NCBI GenBank assembly: GCA_964529855.1
Contig: CAZGZU010000002.1
Span: 11,802-35,801, forward strand
DNA length: 24,000 bases
Source of the DNA: an uncultured Candidatus Saccharibacteria bacterium
Lineage (GTDB): Bacteria; Patescibacteriota; Minisyncoccia; Portnoybacterales; UBA2143
Reading direction: 5' to 3'
Positions 6,201 through 12,448 of the stretch are shown here, one piece after another. Each line of letters opens with the position of its first letter. The first letter of the stretch is position 1. Both the position numbers and the translations under genes were made by a program. A model generated the notes under the pieces. The model was not told the origin of the DNA, did not search any database, and was given only the letters and a program-made list of their open reading frames with translations.

Positions 6201-6938
6201 ATGATTACAGAAAAAAAGAGTAAAAAACCAAAAACCACCAAAAAAATTAGCCAGTCCAAAAATATAGAAAAAATACTCCCCAGCCTGGAACAAATGTTAA
6301 AGGCCGGGGTGCATTTTGGTCATCGGGCGTCCAAGTGGAACTCCAAGATGAAACCCTATATTTTCACCACTCGCAATAACGTTCATATTATTGATTTGGA
6401 GAAAACCCGGGAGAAAATGAAAGAGGCGTTGGAGTTCATCAAAGAGCTCAAAAAGAAAAAAGGGACAATTGTTTTTGTCGGGAGCAAAGTGGCGGCCAAA
6501 GAAATTACCCGAGAATCGGCTGAAAAGGCCAAGATGCCTTATGTGATTGAAAGATGGATTGGCGGAACATTGACTAACTTTAGAGTCATCTCCAAACGTT
6601 TGGAGTATTTTCGGGATTTGGAAAAAAAGAAAGAAACAGGCGAATTGAAGAAATATACCAAGAAGGAACAGCACGAGTTCGGCATTGAATTAGAGAGATT
6701 AAATCAGCAGTTCGGCGGTATCAAGAATATGATTCAGCCGCCCGACGCTCTGTTAATCATTGATACTCACAAAGAAAAACTGGCTGTTAAAGAAGCCAGA
6801 ATGAAAGGAATTCCGGTGGTTGGTCTCTGTGATACCAATGCCGACCCAACGATTATTGATTATCCTATTCCAGTCAATGATGATGCCATTTCATCGTTGA
6901 AACTGATTTTAGGAGCAATAGTTGAGGTGTTAAAATGA
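6201..6938 (+). CDS. rpsB: 30S ribosomal protein S2 with a Lys-rich N-terminal extension
   Basis: MLKAGVHFGHRASKWNSKM and the rest of the protein are canonical S2. ATG at 6201, preceded by gaggga. A candidate promoter ttgctt-N16-tatact (6126-6153) makes the TTG at 6159 unlikely. TGA stop at 6936-6938. Confidence 0.9.
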   Translation: MITEKKSKKPKTTKKISQSKNIEKILPSLEQMLKAGVHFGHRASKWNSKMKPYIFTTRNNVHIIDLEKTREKMKEALEFIKELKKKKGTIVFVGSKVAAKEITRESAEKAKMPYVIERWIGGTLTNFRVISKRLEYFRDLEKKKETGELKKYTKKEQHEFGIELERLNQQFGGIKNMIQPPDALLIIDTHKEKLAVKEARMKGIPVVGLCDTNADPTIIDYPIPVNDDAISSLKLILGAIVEVLK

Positions 6939-7050
6939 CCATTTTGTCAGTCGCCTGAAGCGACTGCTAGAAAATGGTCATCCTGAGGGCAAAGCCCGAA
7001 GGATCTCGTGGATATTCGCTCGGGATTTTTTTCCACCTCAGGCGGGTAAG
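6937..7050. repeat. Composite palindromic element in the rpsB-tsf spacer (hairpin over the rpsB stop plus a GTCATCCTGAGG-type element with a terminator-like hairpin)
   Basis: gaccattttgtcagtcgc / gcgactgctagaaaatggtc (6937-6979). gtcatcctgaggg...cccgaaggatctcgtggatattcgctcgggattttttt...cctcagg (6977-7043). The reverse complement is homologous to 4590-4650. Confidence 0.7.
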
Positions 7051-7061
7051 AATAACAATAT

Positions 7062-7511
7062 ATGATATCAATTGAACAAATTAAAAAACTTCGTCAAAAG
7101 AGCGGCTTTTCCATAATGGAATGTAAGAGGGCTTTGGAAGAGACAGAAGGGGATGAAAAAAAGGCCCTGAAAGTTCTGGATAAAAAAGGCGCTGAAAAAG
7201 CAATCAAGAAATCAACCAGAGAAGCCAAGCAGGGATTAGTTGAGGCCTATATCCACAACGATGGCAAAAAAGGAGTTATCCTGGAGTTGAACTGCGAGAC
7301 GGATTTTGTGGCTCGCAACGAGCAATTCAAAGAATTGGCTCATGACCTGGCTATGCATATTGCGGCCATGGCCCCCAAGGATTCCAAAGAGCTTTTATCA
7401 CAACCCTTTATTAAAGACGAGCAGAAAACGATTGGGGATTTAATTAAGGAAACGATTGCCAAGTTAGGGGAAAATATTAAAATAGGTAAGTTCCTGAGAT
7501 TGGAAATTTAA
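7062..7511 (+). CDS. tsf: Elongation factor Ts, unusually short (149 aa)
   Basis: N-terminal UBA-like IKKLRQKSGFSIMECKRALEETEGDEKKALKVL, core LNCETDFVARNEQF, and an end at ...KLGENIKIGKFLRLEI. It sits directly downstream of rpsB, as in the conserved rpsB-tsf operon. Confidence 0.85.
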   Translation: MISIEQIKKLRQKSGFSIMECKRALEETEGDEKKALKVLDKKGAEKAIKKSTREAKQGLVEAYIHNDGKKGVILELNCETDFVARNEQFKELAHDLAMHIAAMAPKDSKELLSQPFIKDEQKTIGDLIKETIAKLGENIKIGKFLRLEI

Positions 7512-7515
7512 TTAT

Positions 7516-8193
7516 ATGTTTAATCTTAATCTCATTTTCTATCTGCTGATTATTTTTAGCTTAATCGGCTTGGGCATTGTTATTTATCGGAAAATACCCG
7601 CTCTGGCCAATTTATCGGAAGAAGAGATGACTATTTTGGACAGGAAAAAAGGGATTGCCCAGCGGATTAGAGAGGCGGATTATAAGCAGCATTGGCTCAA
7701 TTTTATAATCGGTTTGGAAAAATTTCTGCGGCGGGTAAAAATAGTATTCTTAAAGATAGAAAATTTATTGACTAAATGGATTGGCGGATTAAGAGGTCGT
7801 TCCCAAATAATGACCCAGAAGTCAAGGGAATGGATTAAACAAAAAGAGATGAAGCGTCGGAGAACCGAAAGAAGTTTGTCCGGTCAGACAAAAGGCGAGG
7901 TTGCCATTAAGATAAACAGGGTAGTTGAAGAAAAAAATGAGCCGGAAATAGATGAAGATGAATTGCCTATAAGTGAATTGAAAAAACCGATTCAGGAAGA
8001 GCAAAAATGGATTGATTTGATTGTCGAAGACCCCAAAAATATTACCGCCTATAAGTTTTTGGGATTACTCTACTGGAAACAGCATAATTATCCTGATGCC
8101 AAGGCCTCCTTGGAAATGGCTGTCAAATTAGGTTCTAAGGACAGGCAAGTTCAAGAGGTTTTGGAAGAATTGAAGAAATTAAAAGTGAAATAG
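7516..8193 (+). CDS. Hypothetical membrane-anchored protein with a C-terminal TPR-like repeat
   Basis: N-terminal TM helix (LIFYLLIIFSLIGLGIVIY), a charged middle region, and a C-terminal AYKFLGLLYWKQHNYPDAKASLEMAVKLGSKD (TPR-like). It starts 4 nt after the tsf stop. Confidence 0.6.
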   Translation: MFNLNLIFYLLIIFSLIGLGIVIYRKIPALANLSEEEMTILDRKKGIAQRIREADYKQHWLNFIIGLEKFLRRVKIVFLKIENLLTKWIGGLRGRSQIMTQKSREWIKQKEMKRRRTERSLSGQTKGEVAIKINRVVEEKNEPEIDEDELPISELKKPIQEEQKWIDLIVEDPKNITAYKFLGLLYWKQHNYPDAKASLEMAVKLGSKDRQVQEVLEELKKLKVK

Positions 8194-8196
8194 TCA

Positions 8197-8270
8197 GCCA
8201 GTGTAGCTCAATGGCAGAGCAGTGGTTTTGTAAACCATAGACGGGGGTTCGATTCCCTTCACTGGCTCCA
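8197..8270 (+). tRNA. tRNA-Thr (anticodon UGU), CCA encoded
   Basis: Hand-folded cloverleaf: acceptor gccagtg/cactggc, anticodon arm gtggt-tttgtaa-accat, T-loop ttcgatt. The T-stem has two G:U pairs. Confidence 0.8.
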
Positions 8271-8357
8271 GGGTAGGTGGCAGAGCGGTCAAATGCATGG
8301 GACTGTAAATCCCACGTCCTCTGGACTACGGGGGTTCGAATCCCTCCCTACCCACCA
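8271..8357 (+). tRNA. tRNA-Tyr (anticodon GUA), long variable arm, CCA encoded
   Basis: Acceptor gggtagg/cctaccc, anticodon arm tggga-ctgtaaa-tccca, a class-II variable arm, and T-loop ttcgaat. It starts immediately after the CCA of the preceding tRNA. Confidence 0.9.
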
Positions 8358-8360
8358 AAA

Positions 8361-8434
8361 GCTGAGGTAGCTCAGGCGGTTAGAGCAACACATTGGTAAT
8401 GTGTAGGTCGTGGGTTCGAATCCCACCCTCAGCT
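8361..8434 (+). tRNA. tRNA-Thr (anticodon GGU), no encoded CCA
   Basis: Acceptor gctgagg/cctcagc, anticodon arm acaca-ttggtaa-tgtgt, T-loop ttcgaat. Confidence 0.9.
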
Positions 8435-8435
8435 C

Positions 8436-8594
8436 ATGCCTCAAGAGCATTTGATAAAATTTCAATGTAGTGTTTGCAAGCGAATTAATTATTGGTCTCG
8501 CAAAAACAGGAAAACAATTCAGAAAAAATTAGAACTGAAGAAGTTTTGTAAATGGTGCCGGAAGCATACGGCGCATAAAGAGATGAAGAAATAA
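8436..8594 (+). CDS. rpmG: 50S ribosomal protein L33 (52 aa, CxxC...CxxC type)
   Basis: Hand translation, not in the ORF track: MPQEHLIKFQCSVCKRINYWSRKNRKTIQKKLELKKFCKWCRKHTAHKEMKK. This fits the L33 pattern C..C..NY..KN....LE.KK.C..C.KHT.HKE. The ATG begins 1 nt after the tRNA-Thr(GGU) discriminator base. Confidence 0.85.
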   Translation: MPQEHLIKFQCSVCKRINYWSRKNRKTIQKKLELKKFCKWCRKHTAHKEMKK

Positions 8595-8651
8595 AAAGGC
8601 CCTACTTCTATAATGGAAGTAAGGCATGAGAAGTGAATTTTACTCTGTTTC

Positions 8652-8816
8652 TCAACTTATTTCTTCTTCTGATGAAAGAAATAGCAGTTGAGAAAAAAGA
8701 ACCAGAAAAAATAGTGTTACCCAGAATAATTCTGATGCAGGATTGCAAAATAATCCAGCGTTTGTAGATGCTTCCGCCCAACCACTATAAGCATAAGCGA
8801 CAATTCCATTCATCAT
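8652..8816 (-). CDS. Possible small hydrophobic protein (54 aa), speculative
   Basis: Minus-strand SD aaggaggg lies directly upstream of the ATG ATG at 8816/8813. Hand translation: MMNGIVAYAYSGWAEASTNAGLFCNPASELFWVTLFFLVLFSQLLFLSSEEEIS. The 3' part overlaps a long hairpin (8650-8693), so it may be non-coding. Confidence 0.25.
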   Translation of the reverse strand: MMNGIVAYAYSGWAEASTNAGLFCNPASELFWVTLFFLVLFSQLLFLSSEEEIS

Positions 8817-8895
8817 TTCCCTCCTTTTCGTAAAAACATTTATCTTTCAAGAGATGATAGTAGATTGTGGTTATTATGTCAATTAAATTAAAATA

Positions 8896-8926
8896 GGAAG
8901 CATACTTTACATAAAGAGATAAAAAG
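8896..8926 (+). repeat. Degenerate duplicate of the rpmG 3' end (direct repeat of 8560-8598)
   Basis: ggaagcatac[ttta]cataaagagat..aaaaag versus ggaagcatac[ggcg]cataaagagat[gaagaaat]aaaaag. In the rpmG frame it reads RKHTLHKEI versus RKHTAHKEM. Confidence 0.6.
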
Positions 8927-8939
8927 TAAATTATCCACA

Positions 8940-8968
8940 TTGACATAAGGAGTCCCAGGCAATAAAAT
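8940..8968 (+). promoter_or_regulatory. Candidate sigma70-type promoter for the 9011-9679 ORF
   Basis: ttgaca (8940-8945), a 17-nt spacer, then taaaat (8963-8968). A perfect ttatccaca 9-mer (8931-8939) abuts the -35. Confidence 0.5.
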
Positions 8969-9010
8969 CATATCAAGGGTTATATAAAGTATATTAAGGG
9001 TTCTATCCTT

Positions 9011-9679
9011 ATGTCTAGACTACCAATAGAGGTAAAAGAAAATGCGATTAAGCTAAGGAAGAAAGGCTATTCAGTCAAAGAAATAGCTAGGAAGTTAAAG
9101 ATTGCCCAAAGCACCTCTTCATTATGGGCAAGAGATATAAAGTTAAATAAAAAGGCCCAACAAAGATTAAAGAAGAGAAGTTTATTAGGTTATTACAAAG
9201 GAAGTTTAAGGTGGGCAGAAAAGCGCATAGAACAAGAAAATGAACGCAGAATTACAGCTTCAGAAATAATAGACAAAATTAATAAGAACCCTAATCATTT
9301 AAAGATTTATTGCGCTTTACTTTATTGGTGTGAAGGCGGGAAGAGTTATAAAGAGTCAGTAAGGTTTGTTAATTCCGATCCGATTCTCATAAAAACCTTT
9401 TTAAATCTTTTTAAAAAAGCATTTTCGGTTGATGAAAAGAAGTTTCGCATTCTTATGCATCTTCATGGGTATCATGATGAGAAAAAACAAAAAAACTTTT
9501 GGTCTAAATTGACTCAAATTCCTAAGAAGCAATTTTTGCATACTTTTCATAAGCCGCATACAAAAAAAAGAATCAGAGAGAATTACCCAGGTTGTATAGC
9601 AATATATTATCATGATTGCAAAATTGCTCGAGAGCTTCGCACTCTTTATAAGATTTTTTCGGAACAATTGGGCGCGTAG
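9011..9679 (+). CDS. HTH-domain protein with a LAGLIDADG-like (homing-endonuclease-like) C-terminal domain
   Basis: N-terminal HTH-like LRKKGYSVKEIARKLKIAQSTSSLWARDI. The central IYCALLYWCEGGKSYKESVRFVNSDPILIKTFLNLF resembles a single LAGLIDADG motif with E as the acidic residue. The region is visibly AT-richer than its flanks. The last 10 nt overlap tRNA-Trp. Confidence 0.65.
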   Translation: MSRLPIEVKENAIKLRKKGYSVKEIARKLKIAQSTSSLWARDIKLNKKAQQRLKKRSLLGYYKGSLRWAEKRIEQENERRITASEIIDKINKNPNHLKIYCALLYWCEGGKSYKESVRFVNSDPILIKTFLNLFKKAFSVDEKKFRILMHLHGYHDEKKQKNFWSKLTQIPKKQFLHTFHKPHTKKRIRENYPGCIAIYYHDCKIARELRTLYKIFSEQLGA

Positions 9680-9740
9680 TTAAGTGGTATAACAGAAATC
9701 TCCAAAATTTCAGTCGGGGGTTCGATTCCTCCCGCGCCTG
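9670..9740 (+). tRNA. tRNA-Trp (anticodon CCA), no encoded 3' CCA
   Basis: Acceptor gggcgcg/cgcgcct (G1:U72), D-arm gtta/taac, anticodon arm gaaat-ctccaaa-atttc, T-loop ttcgatt. Confidence 0.85.
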
Positions 9741-9748
9741 CTAGAAAA

Positions 9749-9776
9749 ATAACCGCTATTTTAGGCGGTTATTTTA
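9749..9776 (+). terminator. Rho-independent terminator after tRNA-Trp
   Basis: Stem ataaccgc / gcggttat around an 8-nt loop, followed by tttt. Confidence 0.7.
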
Positions 9777-9814
9777 GTTAGGACAGATGGACGTTTGAGG
9801 TTGTTCATGATATT

Positions 9815-10573
9815 ATGGGATGTATGAAAATAATAAAAGTAAGAAATAAAAATGCTATTTTAGAGCTCCTGAAAGACGATATTGATTTTGAGAAAATTAT
9901 CGTGGCTGATGATTTGAAACAGGATGATTTAACAAAAGAAATTCTATCAATAGCAGCTAATCGAAATATACCCATTGAAAGATTGCCTCGTCGCAGAATG
10001 GATAAAGGGAGAAGCGGAAAGAGCCAGGAAGTTTTGGTCGGTTTTATAATTCCTAAAAATATTAGGTCGCTTAAAGACCTTTTAGATGAGCTTTCAGAAA
10101 AGAATCGTGAGCCGTTTTTTCTCTTAATAAATAGGGTTGGTTATGCGAATAATATTGGGATAATCGCCCGGACGGCTTTTGCGGCTGGCGTAAATGGCCT
10201 GATTTTTCAGGGTGAAGAAGATAAGTTTTTGAATGAAGACACCATTCATTTTTCAATAGGCGCTATTGCCAGGATTCCTCTTGTTAAAATGAATATTTTT
10301 GAGGCGCTTAAGGAATTTCAAGAAAACGGTATTAAAACTTTTTCTCTGGAAATGGACGGTTCTGTTTATTTCAAAGAAGAGCTTACAGGTCCGGTCGTGT
10401 TTGTCTTGGGGGCTGAAGGAGAAGGCATATCTCAAAAAGTATCAAGCCGCTGCGATAAAAAATTGAGTATTCCGATGCATAAAGATATAGATTCGCTTAA
10501 CGTTGGCGTGAGTGCTGCTATTATTCTTTATGAAAAAATTCGCCAGGAAGATTTTGCGGAGAGCTCAAAATAA
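9815..10573 (+). CDS. TrmH/SpoU-family RNA 2'-O-methyltransferase (RlmB-like)
   Basis: SpoU motifs NRVGYANNIGIIARTAFAAGVNGLIF, VFVLGAEGEGIS and LSIPMHKDIDSLNVGVSAAIILYE. An alternative start is the ATG at 9824. Confidence 0.85.
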   Translation: MGCMKIIKVRNKNAILELLKDDIDFEKIIVADDLKQDDLTKEILSIAANRNIPIERLPRRRMDKGRSGKSQEVLVGFIIPKNIRSLKDLLDELSEKNREPFFLLINRVGYANNIGIIARTAFAAGVNGLIFQGEEDKFLNEDTIHFSIGAIARIPLVKMNIFEALKEFQENGIKTFSLEMDGSVYFKEELTGPVVFVLGAEGEGISQKVSSRCDKKLSIPMHKDIDSLNVGVSAAIILYEKIRQEDFAESSK

Positions 10574-10578
10574 TCCTT

Positions 10579-10631
10579 AAAACGCGTCCTGGCAACAGTA
10601 TCTCCGTCCAGTGTATATTGTCGCGTTTTTA
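10579..10631 (+). terminator. Possible terminator (8-bp stem, long loop)
   Basis: aaaacgcg ... cgcgtttt followed by t/atg. The 35-nt loop makes this weak. Confidence 0.35.
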
Positions 10632-10643
10632 TGTATTTTTGTT

Positions 10644-10672
10644 TTGACAGAATAGTTTTGTTATGCTATTCT
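10644..10672 (+). promoter_or_regulatory. Candidate promoter for the PurM-like gene
   Basis: ttgaca (10644-10649), a 17-nt spacer, then tattct (10667-10672). SD aaaggagg lies 8 nt before the ATG at 10750. Confidence 0.35.
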
Positions 10673-10749
10673 TTTTTAAATTTTGGAGATAGTTGTTTAA
10701 TTAAAGTAGCCTTAACATAAGAATAATCTAACTAAAGGAGGAATTAGTT

Positions 10750-11874
10750 ATGGCAGGAAAAGGAGAGTATGCTCAGTCAGGTGTTGATTATAGCAAACTT
10801 GAACCGTTTAAGCATGCAATGTTAGAGGTCGGGAAGAAAACATTAACCCTTCCCAATCGGCGCGGAGTTTTCATTAGAGGAGATATCATTCACGCTCACG
10901 GAGCTGTTTTTGAGTATCGGGGTGATTATCCGCATATATGGTGTAATACTCAAGAAGGCCTTGGTACCAAGAATTGGATTGCCGAATGGATGTATCAGTT
11001 TGCCGGTACGGGTAAAACCTATTACGACGGCATTGGTATAGATGTTGCTCTGATGGCGGCCAACGATGTAGTGGCTCAGGGAGCGCTGCCAGTTGTCTAT
11101 ACGGATGAAGTGGCCGCAGGTGACAGTGAATGGTTTACAGACGAACAACGGGCTAAAGATTTGGCCGCAGGTTATCTTAAGGTATGTGAAATGATAAGTA
11201 TGGCCCTGCCAGCGGGCGAATCTCCTGCATTGCCGGTCCTGATTAATTCCAAATATCCTGTAAAGAGTTGTCCTTCATTGAGCGGTTGTGTTACAGGCAT
11301 TATCGCTCCCTCAAGGAATCTTATTACAGGTAAAAGGCTTCAGGCAGGTGATTCTATTATTGGCGTGACTTCTTCTGAATGGCATGCCAATGGGGCATCT
11401 CTTATTATTAAGCGAGCCCTTGGGCTCCCCGAAAAGTTTCTTACTAAATTGCCGAATGGTAAAACTTTGGGAGAACAGGTCCTTACGCCGACTCGTTCCT
11501 ATGTTGCTTTAGTTGAAGCATTTTTAAGAGAGGAAATTGATGTGCATTCAATTCTGCCGGGCACGGGCAGCGGGGTGAGTAAGATAGCTTATGACGAACG
11601 GCCTTTCACTTACCGTATTCACACCTGGCCCGATGAGATTCCTCCGACAATGCTTTTTATGAGAGAACTCGGCGTTACTTTGGAGGATTGTTTAAAAACC
11701 TTTAACTGGGGTATCGGTTATTATATCTATTTACCTGCCCATGAAGTGATACGCGCCATAAATGTGGGCAAAAGCGTTGGCTACGAACTTTTGGAAGTTG
11801 GTCGCGTAGAAGAGGGCGAAAGAAAGGTTATCTTTGAACCGGAAAATATAACCCTGCCGCCTCCGGGTGATTAG
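10750..11874 (+). CDS. PurM-family (AIR synthase-like) protein
   Basis: Colinear with PurM: YAQSGVDYSKL (cf. YKDAGVDI), QEGLGTKNWIA (cf. DGVGTK), GIGIDVALMAANDVVAQGALP (cf. IGIDLVAMCVND), GDSIIGVTSSEWHANGASL (cf. GSSGPHSNGYSL), LTPTRSY, TFNWGIGYYIYLP (cf. TFNCGVGM). Confidence 0.8.
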   Translation: MAGKGEYAQSGVDYSKLEPFKHAMLEVGKKTLTLPNRRGVFIRGDIIHAHGAVFEYRGDYPHIWCNTQEGLGTKNWIAEWMYQFAGTGKTYYDGIGIDVALMAANDVVAQGALPVVYTDEVAAGDSEWFTDEQRAKDLAAGYLKVCEMISMALPAGESPALPVLINSKYPVKSCPSLSGCVTGIIAPSRNLITGKRLQAGDSIIGVTSSEWHANGASLIIKRALGLPEKFLTKLPNGKTLGEQVLTPTRSYVALVEAFLREEIDVHSILPGTGSGVSKIAYDERPFTYRIHTWPDEIPPTMLFMRELGVTLEDCLKTFNWGIGYYIYLPAHEVIRAINVGKSVGYELLEVGRVEEGERKVIFEPENITLPPPGD

Positions 11875-11905
11875 CAAGAGTTCCTTATCCAAAAGAGGTA
11901 AAATA

Positions 11906-11941
11906 AAGGAGCGGCTGTTTTTTACAAACCGCTCCTTTTTT
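11906..11941. terminator. Bidirectional rho-independent terminator between convergent genes
   Basis: Stem aaggagcgg / ccgctcctt with T-runs on both strands (tttttt on plus, tttatttt on minus). Confidence 0.75.
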
Positions 11942-11975
11942 GTCTTTCAATGAAGCTTTCTCATTTTGAAAGTGC

Positions 11976-12206
11976 TTATTTTGAAGATGATAGTTTTCCT
12001 TCCTTAACAGAGCAACGCCATGTTCCCTGTGATATATATTTAAACCCGGCTGATTTCAGTTGCTTTCTTATGGATTCCCAGTCCTTTTTGTCGGCTTTTT
12101 CTCCTTTCTTTACTACGATTACCGTTTCATCTTTTGTTAAGGAGACGAGCTTTTGTCTTTCAAGTCCCTCTAAATCTCCAATCTCTTCAATGCTTAATCT
12201 TCCCAT
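11976..12206 (-). CDS. Hypothetical small protein (76 aa)
   Basis: Minus-strand SD aaaggagg lies 7 nt before the ATG at 12206, with a candidate promoter upstream. It is preferred over the low-complexity plus-strand ORF 11950..12342. Confidence 0.6.
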   Translation of the reverse strand: MGRLSIEEIGDLEGLERQKLVSLTKDETVIVVKKGEKADKKDWESIRKQLKSAGFKYISQGTWRCSVKEGKLSSSK

Positions 12207-12237
12207 AGAAGAACCTCCTTTTTCTGTTTTTTATTTA

Positions 12238-12266
12238 ATTATAGTCAAGGAAGCGAGAATTGTCCA
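12238..12266 (-). promoter_or_regulatory. Candidate promoter for the 76-aa ORF
   Basis: On the minus strand: tggaca, a 17-nt spacer, then tataat (perfect -10, at 12238-12243 on plus-strand coordinates). Confidence 0.45.
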
Positions 12267-12367
12267 ATTTTTTAAAAGATTAGGCAATTTTGTTATTTTA
12301 CAGAGGACTTGTCATGGTTGTTTTATTTATGATAGGATATAAAATGGAATTTAAGGGAATGAAAAAA

Positions 12368-12411
12368 GCGTTGGGAATTATGGAATGCCGTAGCAAACTT
12401 ATTCCCAACGC
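12368..12411 (-). terminator. Rho-independent terminator after the 116-aa ORF
   Basis: 11-bp stem gcgttgggaat / attcccaacgc, followed on the minus strand by tttttt. Confidence 0.65.
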
Positions 12412-12448
12412 CGCTTTTTGTGGGTCAATGGTCATTTCCAGCTCCTTT

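Noticed and set aside
8863-8871. tgtggttat as an additional DnaA-like box
   Set aside because: It has several mismatches to TGTGNATAA in the conserved ATAA part and is probably chance.
11950-12342. 130-aa plus-strand ORF
   Set aside because: It is low-complexity (Ser/Phe-rich), has no SD and begins inside the terminator region. The opposite-strand 76-aa ORF has an SD, a promoter and a terminator, so it is preferred.
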